From: an uncultured Acidobacteriota bacterium
Lineage (GTDB): Bacteria; Acidobacteriota; UBA6911
Length of the DNA: 64,000 bases
Direction of reading: 5' to 3'
Assembly (NCBI GenBank): GCA_963827655.1
Contig: CAWHCF010000049.1
Span: forward strand, 418,682-482,681
Part shown: piece after piece, positions 10,835 through 21,359 of the stretch
How positions within the stretch are numbered: the stretch's first letter is position 1
Layout of the letters: the number at the start of each line of letters is the position of its first letter
Notes under the pieces: model-generated
The model's database searches: none
What the model was told of the DNA's origin: nothing
What the model saw: only the letters and a program-made list of their open reading frames with translations
Translations under genes and position numbers: made by a program

Positions 10835-11623
10835 ATGAACGTCTCTATTTTTCTTACTGCCAAGATCGAGGGCAGAAAGCTCTCGCTGGTTACCTGCTAC
10901 GATTACACCTTTGCCCGGCTGCTGTCGAAGAGCTCCGTTGATGCGATCCTTGTCGGTGACAGCGCGGCTATGGTGATGCACGGACATCCCTCGACTCTTC
11001 AGGCGACTCTGGAGATCATGCGCCTCCACACCGAGGCGGTTGTGCGCGGGGCTGGAAAAAAATGTGTTATCGCCGATATGCCGTTTCTGACATTCCGGAA
11101 AGGAGTTCCGGCTGCCCTTGAAGTTGCGCAAGCGCTCATGAGCGCCGGCGCCGCTGCGGTCAAGCTCGAAGGCGTAAGGGGGCATGAGGATGTTGTCCAG
11201 CGCCTGGTGGAGAGCGGTATTCCGGTTATGGGTCATCTCGGGCTTGAGCCCCAGTCGATGCGGCGCTACGGCGGTTACCATGTCCAGGGCCGTGATGAGG
11301 ATCAGGCGCGGAAAATACTCGATCATGCACGAGTGCTCGAAGAGCTTGGCGCATTTGCGGTGGTTTTGGAGTGCATTCCTTCGTCACTTGCCGCCAAGAT
11401 CTCGGTCGCTCTGAAAATTCCAACCATCGGGATTGGTGCCGGCGTTGCCTGCGACGGGCAGATTCTGGTGTTGCAAGACCTTCTTGGGTTAAATACCGAT
11501 TTCCATCCGAGATTTGCACGGACCTTTGCGGACATCGGTCAGTGCGTCCTGGCAGCGATTGAAAGCTATGACCGCGCCGTAAAGACCGAACAATTTCCGG
11601 CGAGCGAGGAGAGCTTTACGTGA
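10835..11623 (+). CDS. panB: 3-methyl-2-oxobutanoate hydroxymethyltransferase
   Basis: TCYDY, LVGDS, ADMPF, VKLEG, GHLGL, PTIGIGAG..CDGQILV. Confidence 0.97.
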   Translation: MNVSIFLTAKIEGRKLSLVTCYDYTFARLLSKSSVDAILVGDSAAMVMHGHPSTLQATLEIMRLHTEAVVRGAGKKCVIADMPFLTFRKGVPAALEVAQALMSAGAAAVKLEGVRGHEDVVQRLVESGIPVMGHLGLEPQSMRRYGGYHVQGRDEDQARKILDHARVLEELGAFAVVLECIPSSLAAKISVALKIPTIGIGAGVACDGQILVLQDLLGLNTDFHPRFARTFADIGQCVLAAIESYDRAVKTEQFPASEESFT

Positions 11624-12408
11624 TGCAGGTTTGGGAAACTGTTCCGGAATGGAGCGAGCGCCGTCGCGCATTGAATGGCCGGGAAATTGGTTTTGTGCCG
11701 ACCATGGGCGCCCTTCACAGAGGACATGCCTCGCTCGTCGAGCGCTGCCGGATGGAGAATGAAGTTGCCGTCGTGAGCATCTTCGTCAATCCGGCGCAAT
11801 TCAACGATCCGCAGGACCTTGAACGTTATCCAAGAAATCTCGATGATGATTTGGCCCTGCTCGAGTCTCTTGGCGTAGACGAGGTTCTTCTGCCGCGCGC
11901 AAAAGACCTCTATCCGTGTGGCTACCGTTTCCGCATTGAAGAAGAGGGTCTTACCAGACTGATGGAAGGCGCCTGCAGGCCCGGATTCTTTCAAGGCGTG
12001 ATGACAGTCGTCTTGAAGCTTCTGAATCTCGTACGGCCGTCACGCGCCTACTTTGGCGAAAAGGATTATCAGCAGCTTCGGGTTATCAAAGAAATGACCA
12101 GAGAGTTTTTTGTTCCTACGGAGATCGTGGCCTGTCCTACGGTTCGCGAAGAGTCGGGCCTCGCGGCAAGTTCCCGAAATGCCCTTCTTTCTGCCGCGGG
12201 AAGGGAAAAAGCTGCCGTCATGGCGCAGGCTCTGCGGCAGGCGCCAACTTGCGCGAAAGCGGCGGAGATGCTTGAAGGCGCGGGCTTCCTGGTGGAGTAT
12301 GTGGAAGAACATTTCGGCCGGCGTTTTGCGGCCGCACGCCTTGAAGGCGTGCGGCTTATCGATAATGTGCCGGCCGGTGGATGCGAAGCGAATGCTTCTG
12401 TGTCTTGA
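11620..12408 (+). CDS. panC: Pantoate-beta-alanine ligase
   Basis: GFVPTMGALHRGH, SIFVNPAQF, YFGEKDYQQ, SSRN, VRLIDN. Confidence 0.97.
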   Translation: MMQVWETVPEWSERRRALNGREIGFVPTMGALHRGHASLVERCRMENEVAVVSIFVNPAQFNDPQDLERYPRNLDDDLALLESLGVDEVLLPRAKDLYPCGYRFRIEEEGLTRLMEGACRPGFFQGVMTVVLKLLNLVRPSRAYFGEKDYQQLRVIKEMTREFFVPTEIVACPTVREESGLAASSRNALLSAAGREKAAVMAQALRQAPTCAKAAEMLEGAGFLVEYVEEHFGRRFAAARLEGVRLIDNVPAGGCEANASVS

Positions 12409-13210
12409 TGTCGGGAACACTCAGATTTTCGGCGGTGTTTACGAGGGAGACGATTTACGTTCTACCTTTCGGCGCACGTCAAGCATCCGCGCCTCCTCGG
12501 ACGAATTTGGGATGTTCTTGCGCGCAGTCCTTCGCGAGAACGGCATCGAGCCGGATCGGATCGCGATGGCGGCGATCTGTTCGGTCGTTCCCGACGTGCT
12601 CCATTCGCTCCGGAACTGTTTTCGCAAATACTTCAGTTTCGAACCGTTCATCCTCCAACCCGGCGCAAAGACCGGACTGAAAATCCGCTACCGGAATCCG
12701 CTCGAGGTCGGAGCCGATAAGATTGCCAACGCGGTCGGAGGACTTTTTTGCTTTCCGGGAAAGAATCTGCTGATCATTGATTTCGGAACTGCGACAACTC
12801 TCTGCGCAGTGACGAAAAACAAGGAATACCTCGGGGGAATCATTACGCCTGGCATTTACGCTTCGATGGAGCTTCTGGAATCGAAAACGGCGCGGCTTCC
12901 TGCAGTAGAGATCGTGCGGCCGAGAGAGATCCTCGGACGCTCGGCGGTGGAAAGCATTCAGTCTGGTCTGTATTACGGTACGCTGGCGGCCATAAAGGGA
13001 CTCGCCGCCGCCCTCACGAAAGAGCATTTTGCAGCCGAACGACCGTTCATCCTCGCGACCGGAGGATTCGGCCGGCTCTTTGAGGCGGAGTCCTTTTTCG
13101 ACGCGTTCTTACCCGAACTCGCGCTCATCGGTCTCCGCCGCGCTGCAGAGCTAAGGGCTCGCGCAGAAATAACTTCACATTCTGGTGCGAAATCCGGCGG
13201 TCAATCATGA
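12392..13210 (+). CDS. coaX: Type III pantothenate kinase; last codons supplied by an inserted MITE
   Basis: MLLCLDVGNT, VGADKIAN, IDFGTATT, LGGIITPG, ATGG; start ATG 12392 overlaps panC end. Confidence 0.95.
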   Translation: MLLCLDVGNTQIFGGVYEGDDLRSTFRRTSSIRASSDEFGMFLRAVLRENGIEPDRIAMAAICSVVPDVLHSLRNCFRKYFSFEPFILQPGAKTGLKIRYRNPLEVGADKIANAVGGLFCFPGKNLLIIDFGTATTLCAVTKNKEYLGGIITPGIYASMELLESKTARLPAVEIVRPREILGRSAVESIQSGLYYGTLAAIKGLAAALTKEHFAAERPFILATGGFGRLFEAESFFDAFLPELALIGLRRAAELRARAEITSHSGAKSGGQS

Positions 13211-13387
13211 ACCGGTTTCTGTTCGCTAAGCACGCTGAGGATCGCGCCCCTTCGGGCTGCGGCCCGCAGGCCCGCTGGCTTTGTTGCTCGCTCCTCACGT
13301 ACCGCACCGGGTACGCATCGTCGCTCGCGCCTCGCCAGCAGGCCTGGGGGCCTGCAGCAGAATGCGAACTTATTTCTGCGCGAACCC
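13155..13387 (+). mobile_element. MITE copy 1 (233 bp, 18-bp TIR, TAA duplication)
   Basis: GGGCTCGCGCAGAAATAA...TTATTTCTGCGCGAACCC flanked by TAA on both sides; near-identical to 16987-17219. Confidence 0.9.
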
Positions 13388-13786
13388 TAAGCGACCGCAC
13401 TAGCCGAGCATGACGCGGCGTACCGGGAAGCGAGGAAGCGAGCGAGGGCGATCTCTTTGATCCAGCCAAGTGTCTGGATGCGGCTGCGCGCGAAATCAGC
13501 GAATCGCTGCCCCCCAAGATTCTTGCCTCATTCACGCGGTTGACCTAAGATGGCCTCGGCTCGGGCGTCCGAGCGAAAAGAGTGACGTTCGGGTGCCGGC
13601 GACATCGACAGAGGGTCCTGCGGGACCATTCGGGTCTTTCAGGAACGCCGGTCTCTTTTTCGCTTCGCCGGTCGGACTCCTCGAATCTGACTGCTTCTGG
13701 AATACCTTCGCGATTGAAACGCTCGAAGCCGTGGCCGAGGGATCGATCGGCGCTTTCTGCGAAATGATCCAGAATAGGAGGGCACG

Positions 13787-15289
13787 TTGCGCAAACTTGG
13801 ATCTGCTTGGCTATTCGCGGCACTGCTGGCCGCCGCTGCGGCCTGGATGGTCGCGCAGAACCTACCTTTTCGGGCCAATCGCCATGACTACCACTGGGTC
13901 ACCGGCGAAACTGTCTGGCGCGGGACACAGGCCCTGAAGCTCTGCAACGGTCTCTTCGTGTCGAATCGCACCGTCGATCAGATCTACGCGCAGGAGTTGA
14001 CCGGCATGGGAGAGCCCATGCCAGCCGCGCGTGTCGAGATCGATTCTCGCCGAAAGACTGTCGTCGTCGGCACCGGGACCGATGATCTCATCCCGCCCAT
14101 GCGCGCGGCCCATCGCGACGGGATCGGCTGCGTCGTGATGGCGCCGGATCAGAGTTTTGCCGATATCGACAAGCTGCCGCTGCTGGAGATGCCCGCGATG
14201 CCGGGTGATGCGTCCGCGATTGCCTGGCCCGACGGCGATCGCGTGGAAAAGAAGAAGCTGGCCCAGGGTGTGAACGAGCTCGCCCTGAAGCGCGCCGGCG
14301 ACTGGGCCTTCGACCGGGCGGCGCACGGCGGCCACCGCGGCCAGGTTACGCTCAGCTTGCTCGTCGTCCACGGCGGGGAGATCGCCTACGAGCGGTATGC
14401 GCAAGGCATGGATATGGATACGCGAACGCGCACGTGGTCCACGGCGAAGAGCATCGCCTCCACGCTGATCGGTATTGCGGTCGCCCGTGGAGTCCTCAAG
14501 CTGGATGCGCCGCTTCCAGTCGCGTGGAAGCCCGACGCTGGGCCGGATACATCCGATCCACGCCGCAGGATCACGTTGCGCCACGTCCTTCACATGTCGA
14601 GCGGCCTCTACCCCGTGGACAACGATTACGGATCGGTTATCGGCTCGCCGCTCTCCTATTTCGCCGGCTGGAATTCGGCTGATGGCGCGCGCGATCGCGG
14701 CCTCATTCGAGAACCGGGAACGCACTGGGACTACGAGAACTACGACACGCTGCTTGCCGTGCTGGCGTTGAAGTCGGCTCTCGGCGACGAGAAGACATAC
14801 CGGGAGTTTCCGCGGCGTGCGCTGTTCGATCGCATCGGAATGAGGAACACGCTAGCCGGGATGGACCGCTTCGGGAACTATGTCATGAGCAGTCAGGTTT
14901 ACACGAACGCGCGGGACCTCGCGCGCCTCGGGCTGCTCTACCTCAATCGCGGAAAATGGAACGGCGAGCAGATTTTGCCCGAGGAGTGGGTCGACTTCGT
15001 CCGTATGCCCGCGCCCGCCACACGGCAGAGCGGCCGCAACTACGGCGGTCAATGGTGGCTCGTTCCGGACAGCCGCACGGATCTTCCGCAGGACGCGTAC
15101 TCGACGGCAGGCGCGCGCGGACAGTACACGATCGTGGTGCCGTCCTACGATCTGGTCGTCGTGCGCCGCGGGCTGGACTGGCGGCAAGGGGGCGGCCCGG
15201 GGCTCTCGCAATGGGACCTGCTGGCCGAGGTACTCGCAGCCTTTCCCCGCAGAGCGGGCGGAACGAAGCCCAGCGCCCCGACGCTCTAA
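13787..15289 (+). CDS. Serine hydrolase, beta-lactamase class C-like
   Basis: WSTAKS (SxxK), YEN, LRHVLHMSSGL, ARDLARLGLLYL, GARGQ; N-terminal signal/TM. Confidence 0.88.
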   Translation: MRKLGSAWLFAALLAAAAAWMVAQNLPFRANRHDYHWVTGETVWRGTQALKLCNGLFVSNRTVDQIYAQELTGMGEPMPAARVEIDSRRKTVVVGTGTDDLIPPMRAAHRDGIGCVVMAPDQSFADIDKLPLLEMPAMPGDASAIAWPDGDRVEKKKLAQGVNELALKRAGDWAFDRAAHGGHRGQVTLSLLVVHGGEIAYERYAQGMDMDTRTRTWSTAKSIASTLIGIAVARGVLKLDAPLPVAWKPDAGPDTSDPRRRITLRHVLHMSSGLYPVDNDYGSVIGSPLSYFAGWNSADGARDRGLIREPGTHWDYENYDTLLAVLALKSALGDEKTYREFPRRALFDRIGMRNTLAGMDRFGNYVMSSQVYTNARDLARLGLLYLNRGKWNGEQILPEEWVDFVRMPAPATRQSGRNYGGQWWLVPDSRTDLPQDAYSTAGARGQYTIVVPSYDLVVVRRGLDWRQGGGPGLSQWDLLAEVLAAFPRRAGGTKPSAPTL

Positions 15290-15371
15290 AGCGAGTGTGG
15301 AAGATCCGTACGGGAAACCGAGGATGGCCGTGTCCGAGCGCCCTGTGGCGACGGGCCATCCGGCCCGTCGC

Positions 15372-15530
15372 AAGCCCGTCAGGGCCGACAGGGCAATAGC
15401 CCCGGCCGTAAGGCTGGGGTTACAGCAAAACCCGTGCAGTCCGAGGGCCGAAGGTCCCGGATCGACACGGGTCGTGCGCTGGTCCGGACCTCCATGTCAT
15501 CTGACATCAGAACCACGCCCTGACGGGCTT
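15372..15530. repeat. REP-like intergenic element with 14-bp inverted ends and internal hairpins
   Basis: AAGCCCGTCAGGGC at 15372 and GCCCTGACGGGCTT at 15517; internal imperfect hairpin CCCCGGCC-GTAA-GGCTGGGG; lies between convergent genes. Confidence 0.55.
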
Positions 15531-15781
15531 ATCAGCCGTGCTCGGCCCGGCTGGACTGATCCTGTCAGCCACTTAGCCTTCAAAAGTTCATTTGTGCCAC
15601 CAATGGTCGGACGGGCTTGATAGCCCGTCCGCACAATGGATCGGGAGGTTTTGGAGACAGCCTCTTGAGACCTGCACTTCACGAGACAGGCTTCGAAACC
15701 AGCCTCCTGACGGCCTCGTTACCATTGCCGGCGCGTCGTTGGATACGACGGCGACGCGTGCCCGGCACTCGGGGCGGGACT

Positions 15782-16915
15782 CTACCGGGGAGGCAGTTTG
15801 ATCTGCGCCAGATAGATGGCCGACTTGCCCTCGTGTGACGAGTAGTAGCTCATCCACAAACGTCCGTCGTGCCAGACGAGTCCTGGATAACTGGTGTCGC
15901 CGCCGCTCGGCAGCGTGAGTGAGGGAGCGTAGTCCCCTGCGAGCTTCATCCGCGCCAGCACCGTCGTCGCGCCGCCGGGGTAGCTGCGACCGGCGGCCCA
16001 CAGGGTGCCGTCCGACAACACGATGAAGTTCGGTCCGCCGAGTCGGTGCGTCGTTTCCTTCCAGCTCCAGTCTGTGTAGGGAGCGCGGCTGCTGCCGATC
16101 CAGCCGAACCTGTTTCCCCCTTCGCGACGGACGAGCGCGATCATCTCGCCGCCGCGCAGGAAGCGAAGCGTCGTTTCGTTCGGATGGCCGGGGACGTCGA
16201 GGTGAGTGATGACGTCGTACTCGAGGCCGTCGTGGCTGGCGACGAGCTTGAGCTTCCAGTCCGCCGGACCGGGCGGCGCCGTTCCCGAGGCGGCGGCGGC
16301 CCTGGCTTCGTCGGTGCCGCGCATCGATGCGTTGTACGTGACCCCATAGCACCGGCCCTCATGCCAGGTGACGCGCCAGAGCCATTCCCCTTCGGAGAGG
16401 ACGCGCCGCGGCGGTGTCCACTCGCGGCCGTCCTTGGAGAACGCAACGCGGGGCTGGCGGCCGACGAGCGTCATGCCGTCGTAAACCGAGCCGCCCGCCA
16501 CGATCATCAACCGGTCGTCGGGCGTGACGGTGAGCTTGGGGTCGCGCAGATCGATGCCCTCTTCGCGGACGAGAGCGATCGACTCCCATCGTGTCGCGTC
16601 GCTCGACGTCAGCACGCGCAGCTGTCCGTTGCCGCCGACATGCGCGTCGGCCTCGCGAAAGATACAGTACCAGCGGTCATGCCAGCGGATCAGGTCGGTG
16701 AAGGCGTTGTGCCGCCCCTGGTTCCAGATCTGGATGACGGAAACGATCTCCGGCTCGGCAGCCGCCGCCTGCATGACCGCGAACAGAATTACCGCCACGA
16801 GTCTGCCCGGAATCACTAACTCCAGCGCTCGAACCGCTCCCGCGCGATGAGGTCGAGCAGGAGAAAGCGATCGGGGCAACCCGCCTTGCGATTCACTCGT
16901 CATTCGTTTCATCAA
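15782..16915 (-). CDS. Sialidase-like / BNR beta-propeller protein (true start probably further downstream)
   Basis: HNAFTDL..W.D.WYCIFRE, DLRDPKL, WLWRVTW, GGPN, GDTSYPG, SYYSSHEGK. Confidence 0.75.
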   Translation of the reverse strand: MMKRMTSESQGGLPRSLSPARPHRAGAVRALELVIPGRLVAVILFAVMQAAAAEPEIVSVIQIWNQGRHNAFTDLIRWHDRWYCIFREADAHVGGNGQLRVLTSSDATRWESIALVREEGIDLRDPKLTVTPDDRLMIVAGGSVYDGMTLVGRQPRVAFSKDGREWTPPRRVLSEGEWLWRVTWHEGRCYGVTYNASMRGTDEARAAAASGTAPPGPADWKLKLVASHDGLEYDVITHLDVPGHPNETTLRFLRGGEMIALVRREGGNRFGWIGSSRAPYTDWSWKETTHRLGGPNFIVLSDGTLWAAGRSYPGGATTVLARMKLAGDYAPSLTLPSGGDTSYPGLVWHDGRLWMSYYSSHEGKSAIYLAQIKLPPR

Positions 16916-16986
16916 TTGTGTCTTTCTGGTGGGAAGAAAATAAGCGGCCCTTACGGAGCGCCGCCTCTATGACGATCACTTCTTAA

Positions 16987-17219
16987 GGGCTCGCGCAAAA
17001 ATAACTTCACATTCTGGCGCGAGAGTCGGTGGTCAATCATGAACCGGTTTCTGTTCGCTAAGCACGCTGAGGATCGCGCCCCTTCGGGCTGCGGCCCGCA
17101 GGCCCGCTGGCTTTGTTGCTCGCTCCTCACGTACCGCACCGGGTACGCATCGTCGCTCGCGCCTCGCCAGCGGGCCTGGGGGCCTGCAGCAGAATGCGAA
17201 CTTATTTCTGCGCGAACCC
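16987..17219 (+). mobile_element. MITE copy 2 (233 bp)
   Basis: Same TIRs and TAA duplication as copy 1; intergenic. Confidence 0.9.
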
Positions 17220-17317
17220 TAAGAATGCTCACGAGGGCCGCCAAACCAGGGAACACCATGATGGCCAAACTGACGATTGCCACTACCAACGATGAGCAGA
17301 TTCCGTGGCCGGCGCAT

Positions 17318-18706
17318 TTAGACCCTTGAGTTCGGGAAGCCATGCGATCGAAGGTAGGCGACAGTGAGGTCGCGCAGCATCGGGCCCGGGCGCCCCCTTT
17401 GGATCCGGCCGAGTTTCTCGCTCCTTTCGCCGGCGATGTATGCGGTGGTGGCGATCGAGTAGGTCTTTTCGGAATTTGCGTCGATGCGTCGTTCACGAAG
17501 GCTGGTCAGGAGCATGCTGCTCAGGTTCGATCCTCGAACCTCGACCACTTCCGTCGTTTCCTGCCAGCTTTCGAGACTGTAGATATCGCCGGTGCGAATA
17601 AGTCCGGGACGCAGCCGGCCGGCGACGCTCGCCTCATCGTAGTAGGCGAAGTCCGCCCCGGTTTCGCTGCGCAATGCCGTTTCGAAAAGAGCCTTGACGC
17701 CTTTTCCGTCGAGCCATTCGGAATTGTTTCCGAGGGGTTCGCCGACCGAAAGCGGCGCATCGCCATCCATCGCCACATTGATAAAGGCGTGCACGTGCGG
17801 ATATCCACGGAAATAAAAGACCGCGGCGGGGCCCTCTAAACGAAAGACCTGGGCGTCAGGAATATCGCCGTCCTCGCCGTGCTGGTAGTAGCTCAGGAAG
17901 AGCGCGTCGAGCCCGCCATTCGCGGCGAGACACTCGCGCGCGTACGCCACGTCGTCGGGTGGATATGCTGAAAGGATGCGCTCGACCAGCTCGCGCACCA
18001 GAGCCTTGCCTTCCGGCGCGAGCTCGGCCACGGGAATTCCCGGCAACGAACCGTGCCGACCCTGAAGTTCGATCTTCGTTTGGACTGGAGCTTCTTCCAG
18101 AAGCGCGTGCTTCCTTCTCCCTTCGTCGAGGCTGCGGAGGAGACGTTGGCCGGACAGGAACTGGTCGCGATACAAATTGTCCGGCAATCCGGCGATCTCG
18201 TTCCCGCGCTGGTCGCCATAGACCTGCGGACCGCCGAAGGCCGCGCCTTCGCGGCTCTTTCCGCCAAGACGCAGGTTCAGATGCGCACCCGTGAGAATGA
18301 TTTGATACGGCCCTGCCGTGGGATCACCGCAGATCAGGACGCGCATCGAGTGCACGCCAGTCCAGCGCGTGAAGTACTCCTCGGGCACGCGGTCGCGCCC
18401 CTCCTCGGACAGACCTGCATATAAGAGATCAGTCAGGATTTGCCGCTGCTCGCGGTTGAAGGCGGCGAAAACCGATTGGCCTCCGCCCCAGACTCCGCGG
18501 TTGTGATATTGCCGCAGAGGATGGTCGTAACTCACGCAGGTTTGGGCGCGCTGATCGGCATCGAGACCCACATAGAGATGCCGCGCGAGCGCGTCCACCG
18601 GTTCGAGCACACGACTCCGCCGAGGCGGCAGAAACCGGTAGCCACCATAGGCCCCGGCCCCGGCGAGTACGCCGAGACCCAGTTTGAGAACAGCGCGGCG
18701 ATTCAT
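17318..18706 (-). CDS. Tat-exported DUF3500-like protein with 5'-nucleotidase C-terminal-like domain
   Basis: MNRRAVLK twin-arginine signal; GAHLNLR, FGGPQVYG, FRGYPHVH; C-terminal ALRSETGADFAY...GDIYS...YSIATTAY. Confidence 0.6.
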   Translation of the reverse strand: MNRRAVLKLGLGVLAGAGAYGGYRFLPPRRSRVLEPVDALARHLYVGLDADQRAQTCVSYDHPLRQYHNRGVWGGGQSVFAAFNREQRQILTDLLYAGLSEEGRDRVPEEYFTRWTGVHSMRVLICGDPTAGPYQIILTGAHLNLRLGGKSREGAAFGGPQVYGDQRGNEIAGLPDNLYRDQFLSGQRLLRSLDEGRRKHALLEEAPVQTKIELQGRHGSLPGIPVAELAPEGKALVRELVERILSAYPPDDVAYARECLAANGGLDALFLSYYQHGEDGDIPDAQVFRLEGPAAVFYFRGYPHVHAFINVAMDGDAPLSVGEPLGNNSEWLDGKGVKALFETALRSETGADFAYYDEASVAGRLRPGLIRTGDIYSLESWQETTEVVEVRGSNLSSMLLTSLRERRIDANSEKTYSIATTAYIAGERSEKLGRIQRGRPGPMLRDLTVAYLRSHGFPNSRV

Positions 18707-19015
18707 GATAGAGCACCTTCATATTACCAGACACGTCGCTCAGAGCGGATAGACGGAATCATTTTCAGCTCCCGGTACGCGCCCTCCTTGAGAATTCCCT
18801 TGTGCTCCGCAAATATTCGATCTGACACGAAAATTGGCTTTTGAGCATGTAAGATTTGTCCGCCATGCTGAACCTGCCCCAACTTGTATCCGGTTACCGG
18901 ACGATAAGGGCAAGTGGAACGTTAGTCGGATGCCACAGGCGTGTTTTCGAAGCAGATGCGGAACGGCGATCGGAAGCGAATAATCGAAGGCTCTCTGGGC
19001 AACCACCTGCAAGCT

Positions 19016-20422
19016 CTAATTGGATGACCCGATGGCATAGAGCGCGTTTCGGGTCCGAATGTACATTTGGCCTTTGCTGACTGCCGGAGTTGCGTAGATT
19101 TCCGAGTCGAATTCATTGATCGCCAGAATCTCCCAATCGCCAGCAGCACGCAGCACGACAACCTTGCCATGCTCGCTGGCGATGTAAACCTTACCGTCGA
19201 CGCCGATCGGTGAGGCGTAGTAGTCTTCGAGCGCGCCCGTCAAACGCGCCTGCTTGAGTACCTTGCCGGTCTGAGCGTCCAAAGTGGTCGCGATTCCGCC
19301 GCTTCGGACGAGGAACACCACGTCATTGTAAACGAGGGGCGCCGGTACGTCGGGCAGCGACTTTTCAAAGCGCCAGAGCACGTGCGTGTCTGTCACGTCG
19401 CCGCTGCCTCCGAGTTTCACCGCCAATAAACCGTTGCGCGAGGCACGGCGAGTGCGGAAAAACGTCCATTCCCTCTCGTTCAGAAAACCATCTCGATCCA
19501 AGTCGATCGCACGCCAGGTTCCTGTGGGCTGCCAGGGCTGTGGAAGTTCCGTCTGAGAGAGCTTCCTGTCGTGATTGGCATCGGCTGCGGCGATCACCTC
19601 GGCGAAGGTGGGCAGTTCGACCTGCTGTCCCGCGTCGTTCCCGGAAGTCCAACCGCTGAAGTAGACAATATCGCCGGCAATGGTTGGCGCCGATTTTGGC
19701 TGGCAGGTGAGACCCCGAACGAACCAGAGCGGTTCGCCGTCCAAGATGGAATACGCGGTGAGCTGGTAGGAGCCGGGTGCGATGACTTGTGCGGGGCCGC
19801 GGGCCGGACGGTAAATGATCGGGGTGGAGTACCCGTTGATGACGTCGCGTGGCGTTTTCCAGGCAATCTTGCCGCTATCTGCATCCACCGCGATAATGTA
19901 TGCGTCGGTGTCCTGATCGAAGACGAGGATCACTCTTCCATCGGCCTCGACAGGCGATGCAACCACGCCGTGTTGACTGTTAAATGGTCCGAGCGGCAAC
20001 TGCCATCGCTGTTTGCCCTCGAAATCATAAGCGACCAGGCCGAAATCAGCGAAGAAGACAAAGACGCTCTTTCCATCGGTCACCGCGGTCGGCGCCGCGC
20101 GGTGATTGAGGGTGTTCTGTGCTTCGCGCCTGGCAGCGCGGACGGATTGGCGCCACTGAACCTGGCCGGTGGTGCGGCTCAGGCACATCGTAATCAAATC
20201 ATCGCCCTCGGAAGCGGTAAGGAAAATGCGATCCCCGGCCAGGACGGGGGAGGACTTTCCTGCCGGCAGCTCTGTCTTCCACAGAACGTTTTTTTGAGGC
20301 CCAAACTCGGTTGGCAGTTGCCCGCAGGAAGGGCACAGTCCGGAGCCGTTCGGACCACGAAACTGAGGCCAGTCGGCGCCGAATAGACCGAGTGCTAGCA
20401 GCGGATAGAGTAGGGTGCGCAT
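19016..20422 (-). CDS. PQQ-like beta-propeller repeat protein with EF-hand-like motifs
   Basis: ADWPQFRGPNGSG, WKTELPAGKSSPV, DANHDRKLS and DLDRDGFLNEREW, YYASP. Confidence 0.85.
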   Translation of the reverse strand: MRTLLYPLLALGLFGADWPQFRGPNGSGLCPSCGQLPTEFGPQKNVLWKTELPAGKSSPVLAGDRIFLTASEGDDLITMCLSRTTGQVQWRQSVRAARREAQNTLNHRAAPTAVTDGKSVFVFFADFGLVAYDFEGKQRWQLPLGPFNSQHGVVASPVEADGRVILVFDQDTDAYIIAVDADSGKIAWKTPRDVINGYSTPIIYRPARGPAQVIAPGSYQLTAYSILDGEPLWFVRGLTCQPKSAPTIAGDIVYFSGWTSGNDAGQQVELPTFAEVIAAADANHDRKLSQTELPQPWQPTGTWRAIDLDRDGFLNEREWTFFRTRRASRNGLLAVKLGGSGDVTDTHVLWRFEKSLPDVPAPLVYNDVVFLVRSGGIATTLDAQTGKVLKQARLTGALEDYYASPIGVDGKVYIASEHGKVVVLRAAGDWEILAINEFDSEIYATPAVSKGQMYIRTRNALYAIGSSN

Positions 20423-20600
20423 GGATCTGTTACCCATATTAAGGTGTCGCAACTCATACAACGTCTCGATGGGCTGGTTTGAAACCTGATCCCGCTCGAG
20501 CCGGTTGATCATAGCATCAGCAGCGCTTCCGGACCTCATCGAGCATGCTGCGTCCGATTGGCACTGGGCACGTCGGCGGCTTTCAACCGCGCGAATCCGT

Positions 20601-21359
20601 TCACATCATCATTCCGCCGTCGATCACGACGGCTTGGCCGGTCATGAAGCGGGAGTCCTCCGAAGCGAGATAAAGAGCGAGAGCCGCGATCTCCTCCGCG
20701 GTTCCAAGCCGACCCATCGGTTGGCGGGCGACGAACGCCCGGCGCGTCGCGTCCGGATCGGGTGTGTCCGCGACGCGCTGGCGCATGGAAGGGGTATCGA
20801 CGGTGGCAGGACAGATGCAGTTGACGCGGAGACCGTCCTTGATGAAATCTGCGGCCAGGCTCTTGGTCAGCCCTATGACCGCGGACTTCGAGACCGAATA
20901 GGCGCCTCGATTTTGTACGCCCGTCAACCCGGCGACGGCGCCCATGTTGATGATGCATCCACCCCCCTGCTTGACCATCAGGGGAACCGCTTCCCGGCTG
21001 AGAAGGTACATCGATCCGATATTGACATCAATCGTTCTGCGCCACTGCTCCTCGGTGCAGTCGACGAGACTTCCCACGGGGACTATTCCGGCGTTGTTGA
21101 ACAGCACGTCGAGCCGACCGAAACGCTCCATCGTACGTTCGATGACCGAGCGGCAGACCGAGGGGCTCGAGACGTCGCCGGCAATATCCAGCACGGCGGC
21201 CCGGGCCTGCCCGAGATCACGAGCCAGCTTTTCGAGTTCGGCCCGATCCAGATCGACGAGCACCAGACGCGCGCCCTCGCGTGCAAAGAGGCGCGCCGAT
21301 GCTTCGCCGATGCCCGCGGCCGCTCCTGTGATGATCACGACTTTCTCCGTCAGCTTCAT
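20601..21359 (-). CDS. SDR-family oxidoreductase (sugar-acid dehydrogenase-like)
   Basis: ITGAAAGIG, NNAG, YSVSK, RQPMGRLG. Confidence 0.92.
   Translation of the reverse strand: MKLTEKVVIITGAAAGIGEASARLFAREGARLVLVDLDRAELEKLARDLGQARAAVLDIAGDVSSPSVCRSVIERTMERFGRLDVLFNNAGIVPVGSLVDCTEEQWRRTIDVNIGSMYLLSREAVPLMVKQGGGCIINMGAVAGLTGVQNRGAYSVSKSAVIGLTKSLAADFIKDGLRVNCICPATVDTPSMRQRVADTPDPDATRRAFVARQPMGRLGTAEEIAALALYLASEDSRFMTGQAVVIDGGMMM

Noticed and set aside
13207-13413. Repeated small ORF MNRFLFAKHAEDRAPSG (also at 17039)
   Set aside because: Arises from the MITE sequence, with different ends in each copy; no evidence of real coding.
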